IMG/VR virus record: IMGVR_UViG_3300003322_000571
Location: 186,001 to 250,000 of that record
Length of the DNA stretch: 64,000 bases
Strand: one strand, 5' to 3'
In this document: positions 18,714-27,427 of the stretch, piece after piece
How positions within the stretch are numbered: the first letter of the stretch is position 1
How the letters are laid out: every line of letters starts with the position of its first letter
Notes under the pieces: generated by a model
Databases searched by the model: none
What the model was told of the DNA's origin: nothing
What the model saw: the letters and a program-made list of their open reading frames with translations, nothing else
Position numbers and translations under genes: made by a program

Positions 18714-19648
18714 TAGATCTGTCCCAGTTGAATGAACAATGCTGCTGCATTGATTTCAGGATCAGCAACGAGTGTGTGCTTATACAAATGTTCAGCGATC
18801 GCCATGATCCCAGCATCCCACTTGTCTCGGTCCTTATACTTCGGTGCTTTGTGGAGGTTCTCGTACAGGAAGCGGTACACATCTTCCCATTCATCAGGAG
18901 AAACTGTAGCACAAACCAGCTTACGAGCACCCGACCAGTCGTCTTCAGCAAGAAGGTCAAGTAACTGGAACTTGTAGTCACCACTAGCCGCAGTAGTATC
19001 CGGCTTAGTCAACACACCTTCAATCGTGTATTGCTCAACCTTGTTGACGATCTTACGAACGTCCGGATACGCGCTAGAGATGAAGTAATCGACAGTCTCG
19101 AGCTTGAACTTGACGCCTTCAGCAGCAAGGATGTTGATCACATATTCAGCAATGTCATCTTTGTTCGACGACTTGAACGTGAACTCCTGGCAGCGAGAAC
19201 GAATCGGAGGAATGATCTTGTTAACGTGGTTGCACGTCAGAATGAATCGAACACTGTCGCTGACCTCTTCCATAAACGCCTTGAGAGCGTTTTGTGCATC
19301 AGGAGTCAGTTTGTCCGCTTCTTCCAGGTGAATGATCTTGAAAGCACCCATCGCCATCGATAGAGCGAAGTTCTGAATCTTCTCACGGAAGACATCAATA
19401 CCACGCTCGGATGATGCGTTGATTTCAAGAACGTCAGCAGGATCGAGCTCACAAGCGTCGATTAGGATTCTCGCTAGAGTTGTCTTACCGGTGCCTTGCA
19501 CACCTGCGAAAATCAGCTGAGGGATCGATTTGTCATTGAGGCAGCGATTAACCGTAGCCTTCAAATTATCGTCTTGGAAGACGTATTGATCGATTGAGGT
19601 CGGTCGATACTTTTCGACCCAAATGTCGCGAATTTTACGTGTGGTCAT
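18713..19648 (-). CDS. Clamp loader large subunit (T4 gp44 / RFC AAA+ ATPase)
   Basis: WVEKYRP, Walker [21 protein letters not shown], Walker B-like LEEADKL, FILTCN and SRC motif; start placed at ATG 19648 after AAGGAG. Confidence 0.92.
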   Translation of the reverse strand: MTTRKIRDIWVEKYRPTSIDQYVFQDDNLKATVNRCLNDKSIPQLIFAGVQGTGKTTLARILIDACELDPADVLEINASSERGIDVFREKIQNFALSMAMGAFKIIHLEEADKLTPDAQNALKAFMEEVSDSVRFILTCNHVNKIIPPIRSRCQEFTFKSSNKDDIAEYVINILAAEGVKFKLETVDYFISSAYPDVRKIVNKVEQYTIEGVLTKPDTTAASGDYKFQLLDLLAEDDWSGARKLVCATVSPDEWEDVYRFLYENLHKAPKYKDRDKWDAGIMAIAEHLYKHTLVADPEINAAALFIQLGQI

Positions 19649-19710
19649 CCACAAACTCCTTATTGTGATGCCATTATAGCGATCACAATAAGGGTGGATC
19701 AACTAAAAGG

Positions 19711-21003
19711 TTACAGATACTTGTCGTATCCATTACGCTTGAGGATCTGTTCAATTTGGCGAAGTTCGCTTGCTTGAACATCGTTCAGCGTCTTACCTTG
19801 CGCCTGCTCGTACTTGAGATGGCGGAGATGAGCAACGAGCTCTTCCAACTTTGCGTCAGTGCTGTTGAACTTCTTGCTCGGATTGTACACATATGGTGGC
19901 TGTGTAGTTACCGGTGCAGGAGTCGGCTCAGCTTTCCGTTCAATAAAGATCGGATTGACACGCTCTCCCTCCACTTCTTCGAACACAAACGAAGTCTGAG
20001 GATCAAGCAAAGCTTCCTGTTCATCAGCTGTAACAACTGTTGACGGTTCTACTGTGTCTTCCGTCACAGTCATCGTTGGAGATACGCTGTAACTAGCGAG
20101 TGCATCCAATGTGTTCTGGAACGGTTTCGAATATTCCGCAGGGTTCTGTGGTTCTTCATCTCCAACAGCATTAGGAATAGGTTGATCGATTTCTGATGTA
20201 ACCTCAGGCATTTGCTTTTGTCTGACATCAGCTTTGATACGATCAAGGTATTGTTGTTTCGCTTCTTTCTCTTTATCTTCCTGGCGGAACTTCAAAGCGA
20301 TATTGACAGCAAGTGTCAATGCAACAGCCATTGGATCGAATGCAAAGATAATCAAGAAGATTAGGTATTTCGTCGCATCGTCAGTCGGCATGTCAAATGC
20401 TTTTGCAACGAACATGATCGGACCGATATGCGCTTCTGTCTTGATCAGTTCTTGCTTTAGCTCCATCAACTGTTTGTCCAAATCCGCAACACGTTGCGTA
20501 ACTTGCTTCTGTTCCTCTCGGAACTGACGATTCAGTTGATCACGACCTCGATTAGTTTCGCGGAGGATACGAGCAGCATTCGCATCCGTACCGACTGCAA
20601 TAGATCCAGAGTTCCCTGCGATGATGTCATCGATTTGCTTTTTGCGATCAAGAGCACGCGACTTTTCTTGTTCAAGGAGAGTCACCTGTTCTTGTTTTTG
20701 CTTAAGCGGAAGAACGTCTTGTTGATAGCCGGTAGAAAGGTAGCCAAAAATACCGGTTGAAGTAAGAACCATCAAAGCGACAACACCCGTAATTAGGTAT
20801 GTCTTGAGAATCCAACCCGTCCGAGACCAGTAGCGGTATAGGTAGGAAGCCGCGACGAGCTTACCCGCTTCAAGTGAAGCGCCCATCACGACTACTGACC
20901 AAAACACGCCACTAAATGTGTACGCGAGACCGTACACACTGAAGTAGGCAGCAGCACCAGCAATAGCGGTAGCCGCTGCCATCAGCAGCGCAATGAAGTA
21001 CAT
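19711..21003 (-). CDS. Membrane protein with coiled-coil soluble domain
   Basis: Three N-terminal hydrophobic helices, a long coiled coil, a fourth TM helix (YLIFLIIFAFDPMAVALTLA) and a low-complexity C-terminus. Confidence 0.75.
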   Translation of the reverse strand: MYFIALLMAAATAIAGAAAYFSVYGLAYTFSGVFWSVVVMGASLEAGKLVAASYLYRYWSRTGWILKTYLITGVVALMVLTSTGIFGYLSTGYQQDVLPLKQKQEQVTLLEQEKSRALDRKKQIDDIIAGNSGSIAVGTDANAARILRETNRGRDQLNRQFREEQKQVTQRVADLDKQLMELKQELIKTEAHIGPIMFVAKAFDMPTDDATKYLIFLIIFAFDPMAVALTLAVNIALKFRQEDKEKEAKQQYLDRIKADVRQKQMPEVTSEIDQPIPNAVGDEEPQNPAEYSKPFQNTLDALASYSVSPTMTVTEDTVEPSTVVTADEQEALLDPQTSFVFEEVEGERVNPIFIERKAEPTPAPVTTQPPYVYNPSKKFNSTDAKLEELVAHLRHLKYEQAQGKTLNDVQASELRQIEQILKRNGYDKYL

Positions 21004-21006
21004 TGT

Positions 21007-21600
21007 TTATTCCCCTTGTAGCGTGTACGCGAGAATGTCTGTGTCTTTGATGAACGCAATTGTCTTACCGCGATACTTGATCGTATTGGTAAAATTGCTG
21101 TCATCGTAGAAGATTGTGGCACCAGTCAGATCGTCTACCGACGCTGCTTTTGCATCTGGGCCTACACTCAACACCTTACCAGATGCTGAGTTGTTCACAC
21201 CACCGACGATCATCAACAAACCGTGGCTGCGAACATTTTCGCGGGGTTGGATTTCAAACAGAATCCAGTTGGCGATTGGTTTGAGAGAGGAGCCATCGTT
21301 GTTACTTTCAACAGCGACGACTTCCTTCTCATCAGTCTTCCACAGCTTCTCGCCTTCGACTTTGACACCTTCAGTCCAGCGAAGAGCTGGAACAAGAGCC
21401 ATGTATCCTGGTTTCATCGTTTTGACATCTGGTCCAACGTATCGAACAGTTACAAAACGTGATTCCTTTGCGCTGGAATCGAACTGGTCACCTGCCAGAA
21501 TGATCCCACTATCTGTCTGTCCCTTAACAAACTCATTGCGAGTGTTGATTGCGTCGTTGAACTGGAAGAGAACAGAATTACCGAGTGCCGTGATTGTCAT
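21007..21600 (-). CDS. groES: Co-chaperonin with two tandem GroES (Cpn10) domains
   Basis: Domain 1: ITALGNSVLF...TDSGIILAG...VRYVGPDV...DEKEVVAV. Domain 2: LKPIANWILF...SHGLLMI...GKVLSVGPDA...IKDTDILAY. Each aligns by eye to GroES. Confidence 0.8.
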   Translation of the reverse strand: MTITALGNSVLFQFNDAINTRNEFVKGQTDSGIILAGDQFDSSAKESRFVTVRYVGPDVKTMKPGYMALVPALRWTEGVKVEGEKLWKTDEKEVVAVESNNDGSSLKPIANWILFEIQPRENVRSHGLLMIVGGVNNSASGKVLSVGPDAKAASVDDLTGATIFYDDSNFTNTIKYRGKTIAFIKDTDILAYTLQGE

Positions 21601-21605
21601 TATTG

Positions 21606-21836
21606 TTATTCGCTTTCGTCAGAGGATGGATCTTCATCTTGAAGATCCGTTTCCTCGACTATAGGCTGAGTCGCTTTTTTAGTCAACTTCTTGATCCTAC
21701 GTTTGAATTTCTGGTCAATGAAATCCTCGCGAGCTTTAACCACTTGTGTTTTCGGAGCCGTCGCAATCTGTTGCTTAATCTTGAGCAGGTCAAAATCGAC
21801 GAGTTCTCCACGTGCGCTTCTAACGCTCTTTGCCAT
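21606..21836 (-). CDS. Small basic hypothetical protein
   Basis: 76-aa ORF with RBS AGGAG: VRSARGELVDFDLLKIKQQIA. Confidence 0.7.
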   Translation of the reverse strand: MAKSVRSARGELVDFDLLKIKQQIATAPKTQVVKAREDFIDQKFKRRIKKLTKKATQPIVEETDLQDEDPSSDESE

Positions 21837-21844
21837 AGGTACTC

Positions 21845-22408
21845 CTATTCATGTAAAAAGTCATTGATATCAAGACCGTACGCAAATGAGTCAACGTCGT
21901 GAACGCCAATAACGTACAAGACGTACGAAGACACGCTACTACCACGACCAACACCCCATACGGATTTGTTAGCAGTTAGTGTATTTATGATCCAAATTAT
22001 CGCTCGCAAAACGTCGAAAAGACCACGAGATTTGTAAGCTGCAATTTCTTCCAGCAATCTGTAGTCGCGTTTTTCGATTTCTTCGGCGGACAAATCTACG
22101 GTTAGTTTGATGTGTTTATCAAACAAGTATTCGACGATGTCGAGATACTTATATTCGTCCGGAAATGTCCATTGCTTTGATAATGGACGACATTGAGTTT
22201 TGACCTCAATTTTCTTATCTTGAGGTGCAAACTTATTGTAGTTGCGAACGTCCGGTGTCATTTCGTCAACGTACCGGACGTCATATTGATTCATATAGCG
22301 CAGCAATTTGGCTGGGTCAAACGATGAATCGCCGTCAAACCACAGCCGGCGGTCTTTCAATTCAGTACTACGCAAACGAGCTTTGGTAATTTCCACGTGA
22401 GGTATCAA
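21845..22408 (-). CDS. dnaE: DNA polymerase III alpha (DnaE)-like fragment, N-terminal half of the catalytic core
   Basis: C-terminus YRLLEEI...VWGVGRGSSVSSYVLYVIGVHDVDSFAYGLDINDFL matches DnaE RL..E...VGPGRGSAAGSLVAY.LGIT.IDP..Y.L.FERFL. Confidence 0.8.
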   Translation of the reverse strand: MIPHVEITKARLRSTELKDRRLWFDGDSSFDPAKLLRYMNQYDVRYVDEMTPDVRNYNKFAPQDKKIEVKTQCRPLSKQWTFPDEYKYLDIVEYLFDKHIKLTVDLSAEEIEKRDYRLLEEIAAYKSRGLFDVLRAIIWIINTLTANKSVWGVGRGSSVSSYVLYVIGVHDVDSFAYGLDINDFLHE

Positions 22409-22778
22409 TATCAGGGGTTTTTGCCTTCATTCCCTCTGATCCAAACGGTGCACGAACACCGCCAATCTGCTGCGGTGGAAGCATCGGTTGTGATTGCTGA
22501 GGTTGCATCAAAGGCGAAGGACCTGCTGGAATACCTGGCGCATCCATTCCCATAGGGATATGTTGCATAGGATGCGGGAATTGTGGTACTTGCATCATTT
22601 GTGGTTGATGCTGAACAGCAGGTGCAACGGTTTCCTCAAGATTATCAATCATTGCACGAATCCGTTTCCACTGTTTAGGGGTAGGCGTCCACTCCACCGT
22701 GTCATCGATCTCCGTTGCAAATTCAACTGCATCGATGAACGTTTTCAGCTCGGCAACTGTAAACTTCTTGTCACTCAT
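22368..22778 (-). CDS. Hypothetical protein with Gln/Pro-rich C-terminus
   Basis: 136-aa ORF with RBS GGGAGA. Confidence 0.7.
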   Translation of the reverse strand: MSDKKFTVAELKTFIDAVEFATEIDDTVEWTPTPKQWKRIRAMIDNLEETVAPAVQHQPQMMQVPQFPHPMQHIPMGMDAPGIPAGPSPLMQPQQSQPMLPPQQIGGVRAPFGSEGMKAKTPDIDTSRGNYQSSFA

Positions 22779-22790
22779 ATATTTCTCCCG

Positions 22791-23282
22791 TCAATCGCCG
22801 ATCAAATCGCCGACGATGATGTCTTTAAGGTACTTATTGTATGTGTCAGACGGGGAGACCGATACCCACTCATCAGGTCCAATCGGATGACACAGCATTT
22901 GATGCTTGTTTAACGACGGACCGACGTTCTTTGCCTCGATGAAATAGTTCGTCACAGTTACCACTGCTGGTGCAGGAGCTGACTTGTTTGGACCGTATAC
23001 CATTGCTGTGAATTCACGTCCTGCACATTCGGCAAGCTCAACTACATCTAGCTGAGCTGTATCACGGTCATACACAAGAATGTTCCAGTTTGCTGGCAGA
23101 TTGAATTCAAACCCTTTAATCATCAGTCTGATTGTGGGGCAAACGACTTCTTCCAACATCAGCAACGGGGAGAGTGTGAAGTCAAGCATAGACAGATCGA
23201 GGACCCACATATGGTCTGACACCGTAGGTCCGTGGATACTGTCGAGAATTACTGGCTGAGATTCGCCATCAAAGATTAGCAT
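22791..23282 (-). CDS. Hypothetical protein, possible degenerate Hint (intein-like) fold
   Basis: 163-aa beta-rich ORF whose hydrophobic spacing resembles Hint blocks; lacks Cys1, TxxH and terminal HN. Confidence 0.6.
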   Translation of the reverse strand: MLIFDGESQPVILDSIHGPTVSDHMWVLDLSMLDFTLSPLLMLEEVVCPTIRLMIKGFEFNLPANWNILVYDRDTAQLDVVELAECAGREFTAMVYGPNKSAPAPAVVTVTNYFIEAKNVGPSLNKHQMLCHPIGPDEWVSVSPSDTYNKYLKDIIVGDLIGD

Positions 23283-23284
23283 TG

Positions 23285-23455
23285 TTATTGTCCTTTAGGC
23301 CATGTAAATGCATCAGCCTTGCCTGTTAATACTGCCCATGCGTCTTTGAATCGACGGATAAAAGATCCTGTCAGCGGTCGGGCACGAACCCATTCACCTT
23401 CGATTAATGCGTCGACTTTGAAAGCAGGGTTGAGTAGTTGGTCTAGTGTGTACAT
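23285..23455 (-). CDS. Small hypothetical protein
   Basis: Start placed at ATG 23455 after AAGGGA; MYTLDQLL...AFTWPKGQ. Confidence 0.55.
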   Translation of the reverse strand: MYTLDQLLNPAFKVDALIEGEWVRARPLTGSFIRRFKDAWAVLTGKADAFTWPKGQ

Positions 23456-23468
23456 TATATGTGTTCCC

Positions 23469-25004
23469 TTACATTTGTTCAAGCATTTTCATTTGTTTAG
23501 CGTAGTCGACTTTGATCTTTTTGTACGGATACTGTGCTTCGTCATAGTAGTTCGTACGTGTCTTCAAGTGCTTCTTGCCATACTTCAAGTCACTGCAAAT
23601 GTCGTAGATATTGACAAAATTCTTGTCAGATGACTTACGCAATCCACGACCAACGGCCTGAATCACTCGGATGAACGACTTACCGATGTCAATGAAGAAC
23701 AAGTTGAAGATTCGGTTGATACTAAGCCCCGTACCAGCGATATGAACAGTTGCGAACACAACGAGGTCGTCTCGCTCCTTGAACAACTGGTAAATCTTGT
23801 CACGCTCTGACGACTTTTTAACATCAGTCCCGTTAACGAAGTAAGATCCAGGAATCAACGAAGCGAGCTTTCGGCCTAGAGCAACACTATCGACGAAGAT
23901 CATCGTATTGCCCTTCTTGTTATCCTGCTTGGCCAGGATCATCTCAGCAATCCACTCCATCCGTGTTTCATTACGGTGCGTGAATGACTTTTCAGCAGAG
24001 AAGTCAGGGAAATATCCATCTTTAAACTGTGTATATGTCGGAGGTTTACTTCCTTCAACGTCATTTTCACAGAACTGACGGTACTCAGCATTGAGGTCTT
24101 CTTCGAGCTGGATCACATCGATGTGAAGATTCGACAGGACACCCTCATCAATCAATTGACGTGCAGCGACAGTTTCTCGCACAGGACCGAGTGCAACATG
24201 CACAGCCATTAGATCAGAAGGATCCTTAGGCAAAGTACCCGTGACGCCAAATCTGTATAGAATGTTAGCTGAATGGTCTGTTAGAATCTTCTGCAGGACA
24301 TTTCCCTTTGCACCGTGACATTCGTCAACGAGAACAAGTTGGAATTGTTCAACGATCTTCGGGTTGTTCTTGAGTGCTTGCCATGTTGAAATCACATGCT
24401 GGTGGTTCAACGTTTTTGTTGTACCACTGTACTCACCAACGTCAAGTCCGTAGTGAACGTAGTCCTTCTTTGTCTGACGAATCAAGTCCTGGTTCGGGAC
24501 AATCGTCAATGTTTTGATTCCAAGCTTACCGTATGAATCAACAAGTGCAGTACAAATGATCGTCTTGCCTGCGCCCGTTGACGCGAGAAGGATCCCGTAT
24601 CCAGATTCAATAAGAGCGTTGATACCAGACACTTGGTAATGTCGTAGAACTGTCGGCTCACCAGTATCAGCGTGTGGAACATGAGCATAGAACTGATCCG
24701 TAATCAACGGCGGATCAGCTTTCTCTCCCGTACGAAGGTCTTCAAGTGTAATTTTGTACCCAAGCTTAACGATGATGGGAATCAATTCGTCAAGCAGATA
24801 CATGTACGTCTTCCCGTTCATCGAGAAGTAGTGGATCTTACCGTCCCATTGTCCCAGCTTGTAGCGTGGATTAAAGAAGTAGTTCGGTGCAGGAACTGCA
24901 TACTTATTGTATAGCATCTCGTAGTGATCTCCGTGGAGACCAACTACGACAGCAGTAACTTCGTTCAACAGGCGGATTTTACATTCGCTCTTTTTGTTCA
25001 TCAT
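23469..25004 (-). CDS. uvsW: SF2 DNA helicase, UvsW-like
   Basis: Walker A STGAGKT, DECH box, GVTGT motif III, TGLSINRI and IQAVGRGLR motif VI; follows uvsY as in T4-like phages. Confidence 0.9.
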   Translation of the reverse strand: MMNKKSECKIRLLNEVTAVVVGLHGDHYEMLYNKYAVPAPNYFFNPRYKLGQWDGKIHYFSMNGKTYMYLLDELIPIIVKLGYKITLEDLRTGEKADPPLITDQFYAHVPHADTGEPTVLRHYQVSGINALIESGYGILLASTGAGKTIICTALVDSYGKLGIKTLTIVPNQDLIRQTKKDYVHYGLDVGEYSGTTKTLNHQHVISTWQALKNNPKIVEQFQLVLVDECHGAKGNVLQKILTDHSANILYRFGVTGTLPKDPSDLMAVHVALGPVRETVAARQLIDEGVLSNLHIDVIQLEEDLNAEYRQFCENDVEGSKPPTYTQFKDGYFPDFSAEKSFTHRNETRMEWIAEMILAKQDNKKGNTMIFVDSVALGRKLASLIPGSYFVNGTDVKKSSERDKIYQLFKERDDLVVFATVHIAGTGLSINRIFNLFFIDIGKSFIRVIQAVGRGLRKSSDKNFVNIYDICSDLKYGKKHLKTRTNYYDEAQYPYKKIKVDYAKQMKMLEQM

Positions 25005-25459
25005 GTAGGCAAGTCATGCAGTTGGTTTACTTTTGCTTCTGTTAAGTCGCGTAGCGCGAAGCCACGTTTTGTGAAAGCGTCAGCAACTGCAGTGTATTTT
25101 TCGTATATCTCATTGACTTCGAGGTACAGCTCAAGCATCGATAGATACTCTTTCTCATTGTCAATGTATGCATTGATTTGACGCTCACCGAGCTTCATCG
25201 AATAGTTTTCATTAAATCGTCTTGTCAACGATCCACGAACCTTCGACATTTGGCCGTCAAAGTACTTGACGAGCGTTTTCAGTTCTGCACGTCGTGCTTC
25301 GTAATAGTAAGGCCACGCAGTTTGTTCCTGCTGAGCAACAGCTAGTGTTTTACCACGAATCGCTAGTCTTTCAGGCACGCGATCAAGTTCTGCGTTGTAC
25401 TCAGCGAGTAAGTCCGGTAGATTTGTGTACTTGTCTCCCAAATCATGAATGCGACTCAT
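25001..25459 (-). CDS. uvsY: Recombination mediator, UvsY-like
   Basis: 152-aa helical protein (YIDNEKEY...KRGFALRDL) immediately upstream of uvsW. Confidence 0.65.
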   Translation of the reverse strand: MSRIHDLGDKYTNLPDLLAEYNAELDRVPERLAIRGKTLAVAQQEQTAWPYYYEARRAELKTLVKYFDGQMSKVRGSLTRRFNENYSMKLGERQINAYIDNEKEYLSMLELYLEVNEIYEKYTAVADAFTKRGFALRDLTEAKVNQLHDLPT

Positions 25460-25974
25460 TGTTTTGTCTCCAGAGTGGTCTGTTGGAAGAACAGCATCTG
25501 TCGAATCTGATCTGTTGTAAGCGCTCCTGGATCAAAACTGACTTTGATCGGCTCTGCTTCTTTCTTTGGCTCTGGCTTTTTCAGTTTGTCGCCAAGCAAC
25601 TCCGTAATGTACTGTTTAACGTCGTTAGCTGGTTGGAATGCAACTTCGATCGGAACGTTAAACCGAATATTACGTTCGACATAAGCTGCGTCGTCAGCAC
25701 GACCAGTAGCTGTCGCTTTAAGAAACTCAGATTCATTTTTGGTTGGGTCGTACGAGATGCGAACAACAAGCGAAATTGCTGAGTCAATGATGTCAACAGA
25801 CACCCAATGCAATTGATCAGTTGGAAGACCGAGCAACTCGACGATCGCAAGTAGCATCGTCGGCGCAAGGTGTTCAGCAATTTGCTTGTTGTAGTCAAGG
25901 TGGATCTGGTCTCGTTCCTCTACCAATGACAACAGTTCTTCGATTTGTTTTAGTTTTTGTTCGTTGTGTTCCAC
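25456..25974 (-). CDS. Hypothetical protein
   Basis: 172-aa ORF with overlapping start/stop coupling on both sides. Confidence 0.7.
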   Translation of the reverse strand: MEHNEQKLKQIEELLSLVEERDQIHLDYNKQIAEHLAPTMLLAIVELLGLPTDQLHWVSVDIIDSAISLVVRISYDPTKNESEFLKATATGRADDAAYVERNIRFNVPIEVAFQPANDVKQYITELLGDKLKKPEPKKEAEPIKVSFDPGALTTDQIRQMLFFQQTTLETKQ

Positions 25975-27017
25975 ACGATATCCTGTGTTTCCATGACCAG
26001 TTTGGCAGCTAATTTGATGTCTGGCTTCTTAGGTAGAGTCGTCTTAGGGTACAACTCATCTCTTACCTTAGCATCCATCATTTCAGCGTACTCAACAACT
26101 TCCTCATAGGTCCAGGAACCGTTTCGGATAGCCAAAAGCTCTTGAGCATCGGGTCTAAGCACAACAATCTCGCCCGTTTCAAGTGCTTCAACACCCATAC
26201 GAAGTAGGCGGACAAGATGCATTGCATGCTTCGTGTCGTAACCAAACTTCTCTTCTAGCTCGCTTCGCTTTTCATTGCGATTTTTCTTCCAGTCCCAGTA
26301 GTGCGACCACGTTTCTTTAGCGGTTTCATACACAGAACGGTTGAACTTGATAATGAACAACGGAACGCCTAGTTCGTGACTATCACCTTCATAGTCGGAA
26401 TTAAGAGCGCCGGTTTCATGATTGAACGGAGAATAACCTTTCGCTGGGAATAATCCGTATACATCACTACTAAACGGAACAAGCCGGTGGTCGTTCGCAT
26501 AATCGCGTAAGTCCACTTTAAACGTCTTTACGCCTGTGAAGTTATGAACAAGACTGATGTAATCAATATGTTTTGGACGGTCAGGAGACTGCGGATTGTT
26601 GATCCACTTGTTGTGCCCTTTGATTCGCTTTAGCTGTGACAGCGCGTATCCGCTAGTCGTAAACGCGATTTTGCTCGACAGCAAAGCGTGGCGATGCGCA
26701 CGCAAGTGTTCGTATGCAGGCGTTGTGTGCGTGATACTCGATTCGTCAACCCAAAGTGTTTCAATAACATTGGGATTACAGTCGAGCGAGAGCTTCATGA
26801 ACTGGAACAGTTCATACAACTTTGTGTCTTCTTCCGTCGTATCATCGACTTCCTTAATTGTGTAAAAGGGAGTACGAATGTTGACAGGGTCAGCTACGAA
26901 AATACCGCGGAAATCGGTGTCAGACGTTGGCAATGACGTGCCATACGCTTTTGAACCTGCGTAGTGCTTGACGAGCAAGTTCTCTTTCATTAGTTCTTGT
27001 GGTGTTCTAATATTCAT
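25950..27017 (-). CDS. Pol-beta superfamily nucleotidyltransferase (RlaP / Nuc-transf-like)
   Basis: AGSKAYGTSLPTSDTDFRGIF (GS...DxD) and C-terminal GYDTKHAMHLVRLL; start placed at 27017 after GGGGAG. Confidence 0.85.
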   Translation of the reverse strand: MNIRTPQELMKENLLVKHYAGSKAYGTSLPTSDTDFRGIFVADPVNIRTPFYTIKEVDDTTEEDTKLYELFQFMKLSLDCNPNVIETLWVDESSITHTTPAYEHLRAHRHALLSSKIAFTTSGYALSQLKRIKGHNKWINNPQSPDRPKHIDYISLVHNFTGVKTFKVDLRDYANDHRLVPFSSDVYGLFPAKGYSPFNHETGALNSDYEGDSHELGVPLFIIKFNRSVYETAKETWSHYWDWKKNRNEKRSELEEKFGYDTKHAMHLVRLLRMGVEALETGEIVVLRPDAQELLAIRNGSWTYEEVVEYAEMMDAKVRDELYPKTTLPKKPDIKLAAKLVMETQDIVWNTTNKN

Positions 27018-27035
27018 TATTGTTCTCCCCAACGG

Positions 27036-27063
27036 AAAAAGAGTACACTATGGTACTCTTTTT
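27036..27063. terminator. Intrinsic terminator-like hairpin
   Basis: AAAAAGAGTAC-actatg-GTACTCTTTTT. Confidence 0.75.
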
Positions 27064-27085
27064 GGTTAGTTAAGGCAACTTCAGG

Positions 27086-27427
27086 TTACATTTCGATGTC
27101 TGCGAGATTAACGCTGACTACTGTATGGACGCCGTCCCTGTACACATGTTCCCACATCGAAGCTCCTTGCTCAAGTTGAGCAAATCGAATCTCACCGTTT
27201 ACCTTGTGACGAAGTAGGACATCCTTGACAGAGTCATCCCACAAATGAGCATCGATGTGTTCATCGTGGTTTTCATCAAAGTGCAGATACCGTTTTCCGT
27301 CGTGTTCGAACGTGTAGTGAGTACCGTAATAATTACTGTCTTCTTCACCAATCAACGCTTCGAGCTCAAGAGCGCATTGCTCCGTCAATTCGACAGAGCT
27401 ACAGATCAATTCGACGTGCCAACTCAT
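27086..27427 (-). CDS. Hypothetical protein
   Basis: 113-aa acidic ORF coupled (TAATG) to the uvsX stop. Confidence 0.7.
   Translation of the reverse strand: MSWHVELICSSVELTEQCALELEALIGEEDSNYYGTHYTFEHDGKRYLHFDENHDEHIDAHLWDDSVKDVLLRHKVNGEIRFAQLEQGASMWEHVYRDGVHTVVSVNLADIEM

Noticed and set aside
10224-22408. Protein trans-splicing (split intein) joining the two DnaE halves
   Set aside because: Neither half carries intein sequence: the N-half ends at FLHE and the C-half begins directly with MDIDIDF.
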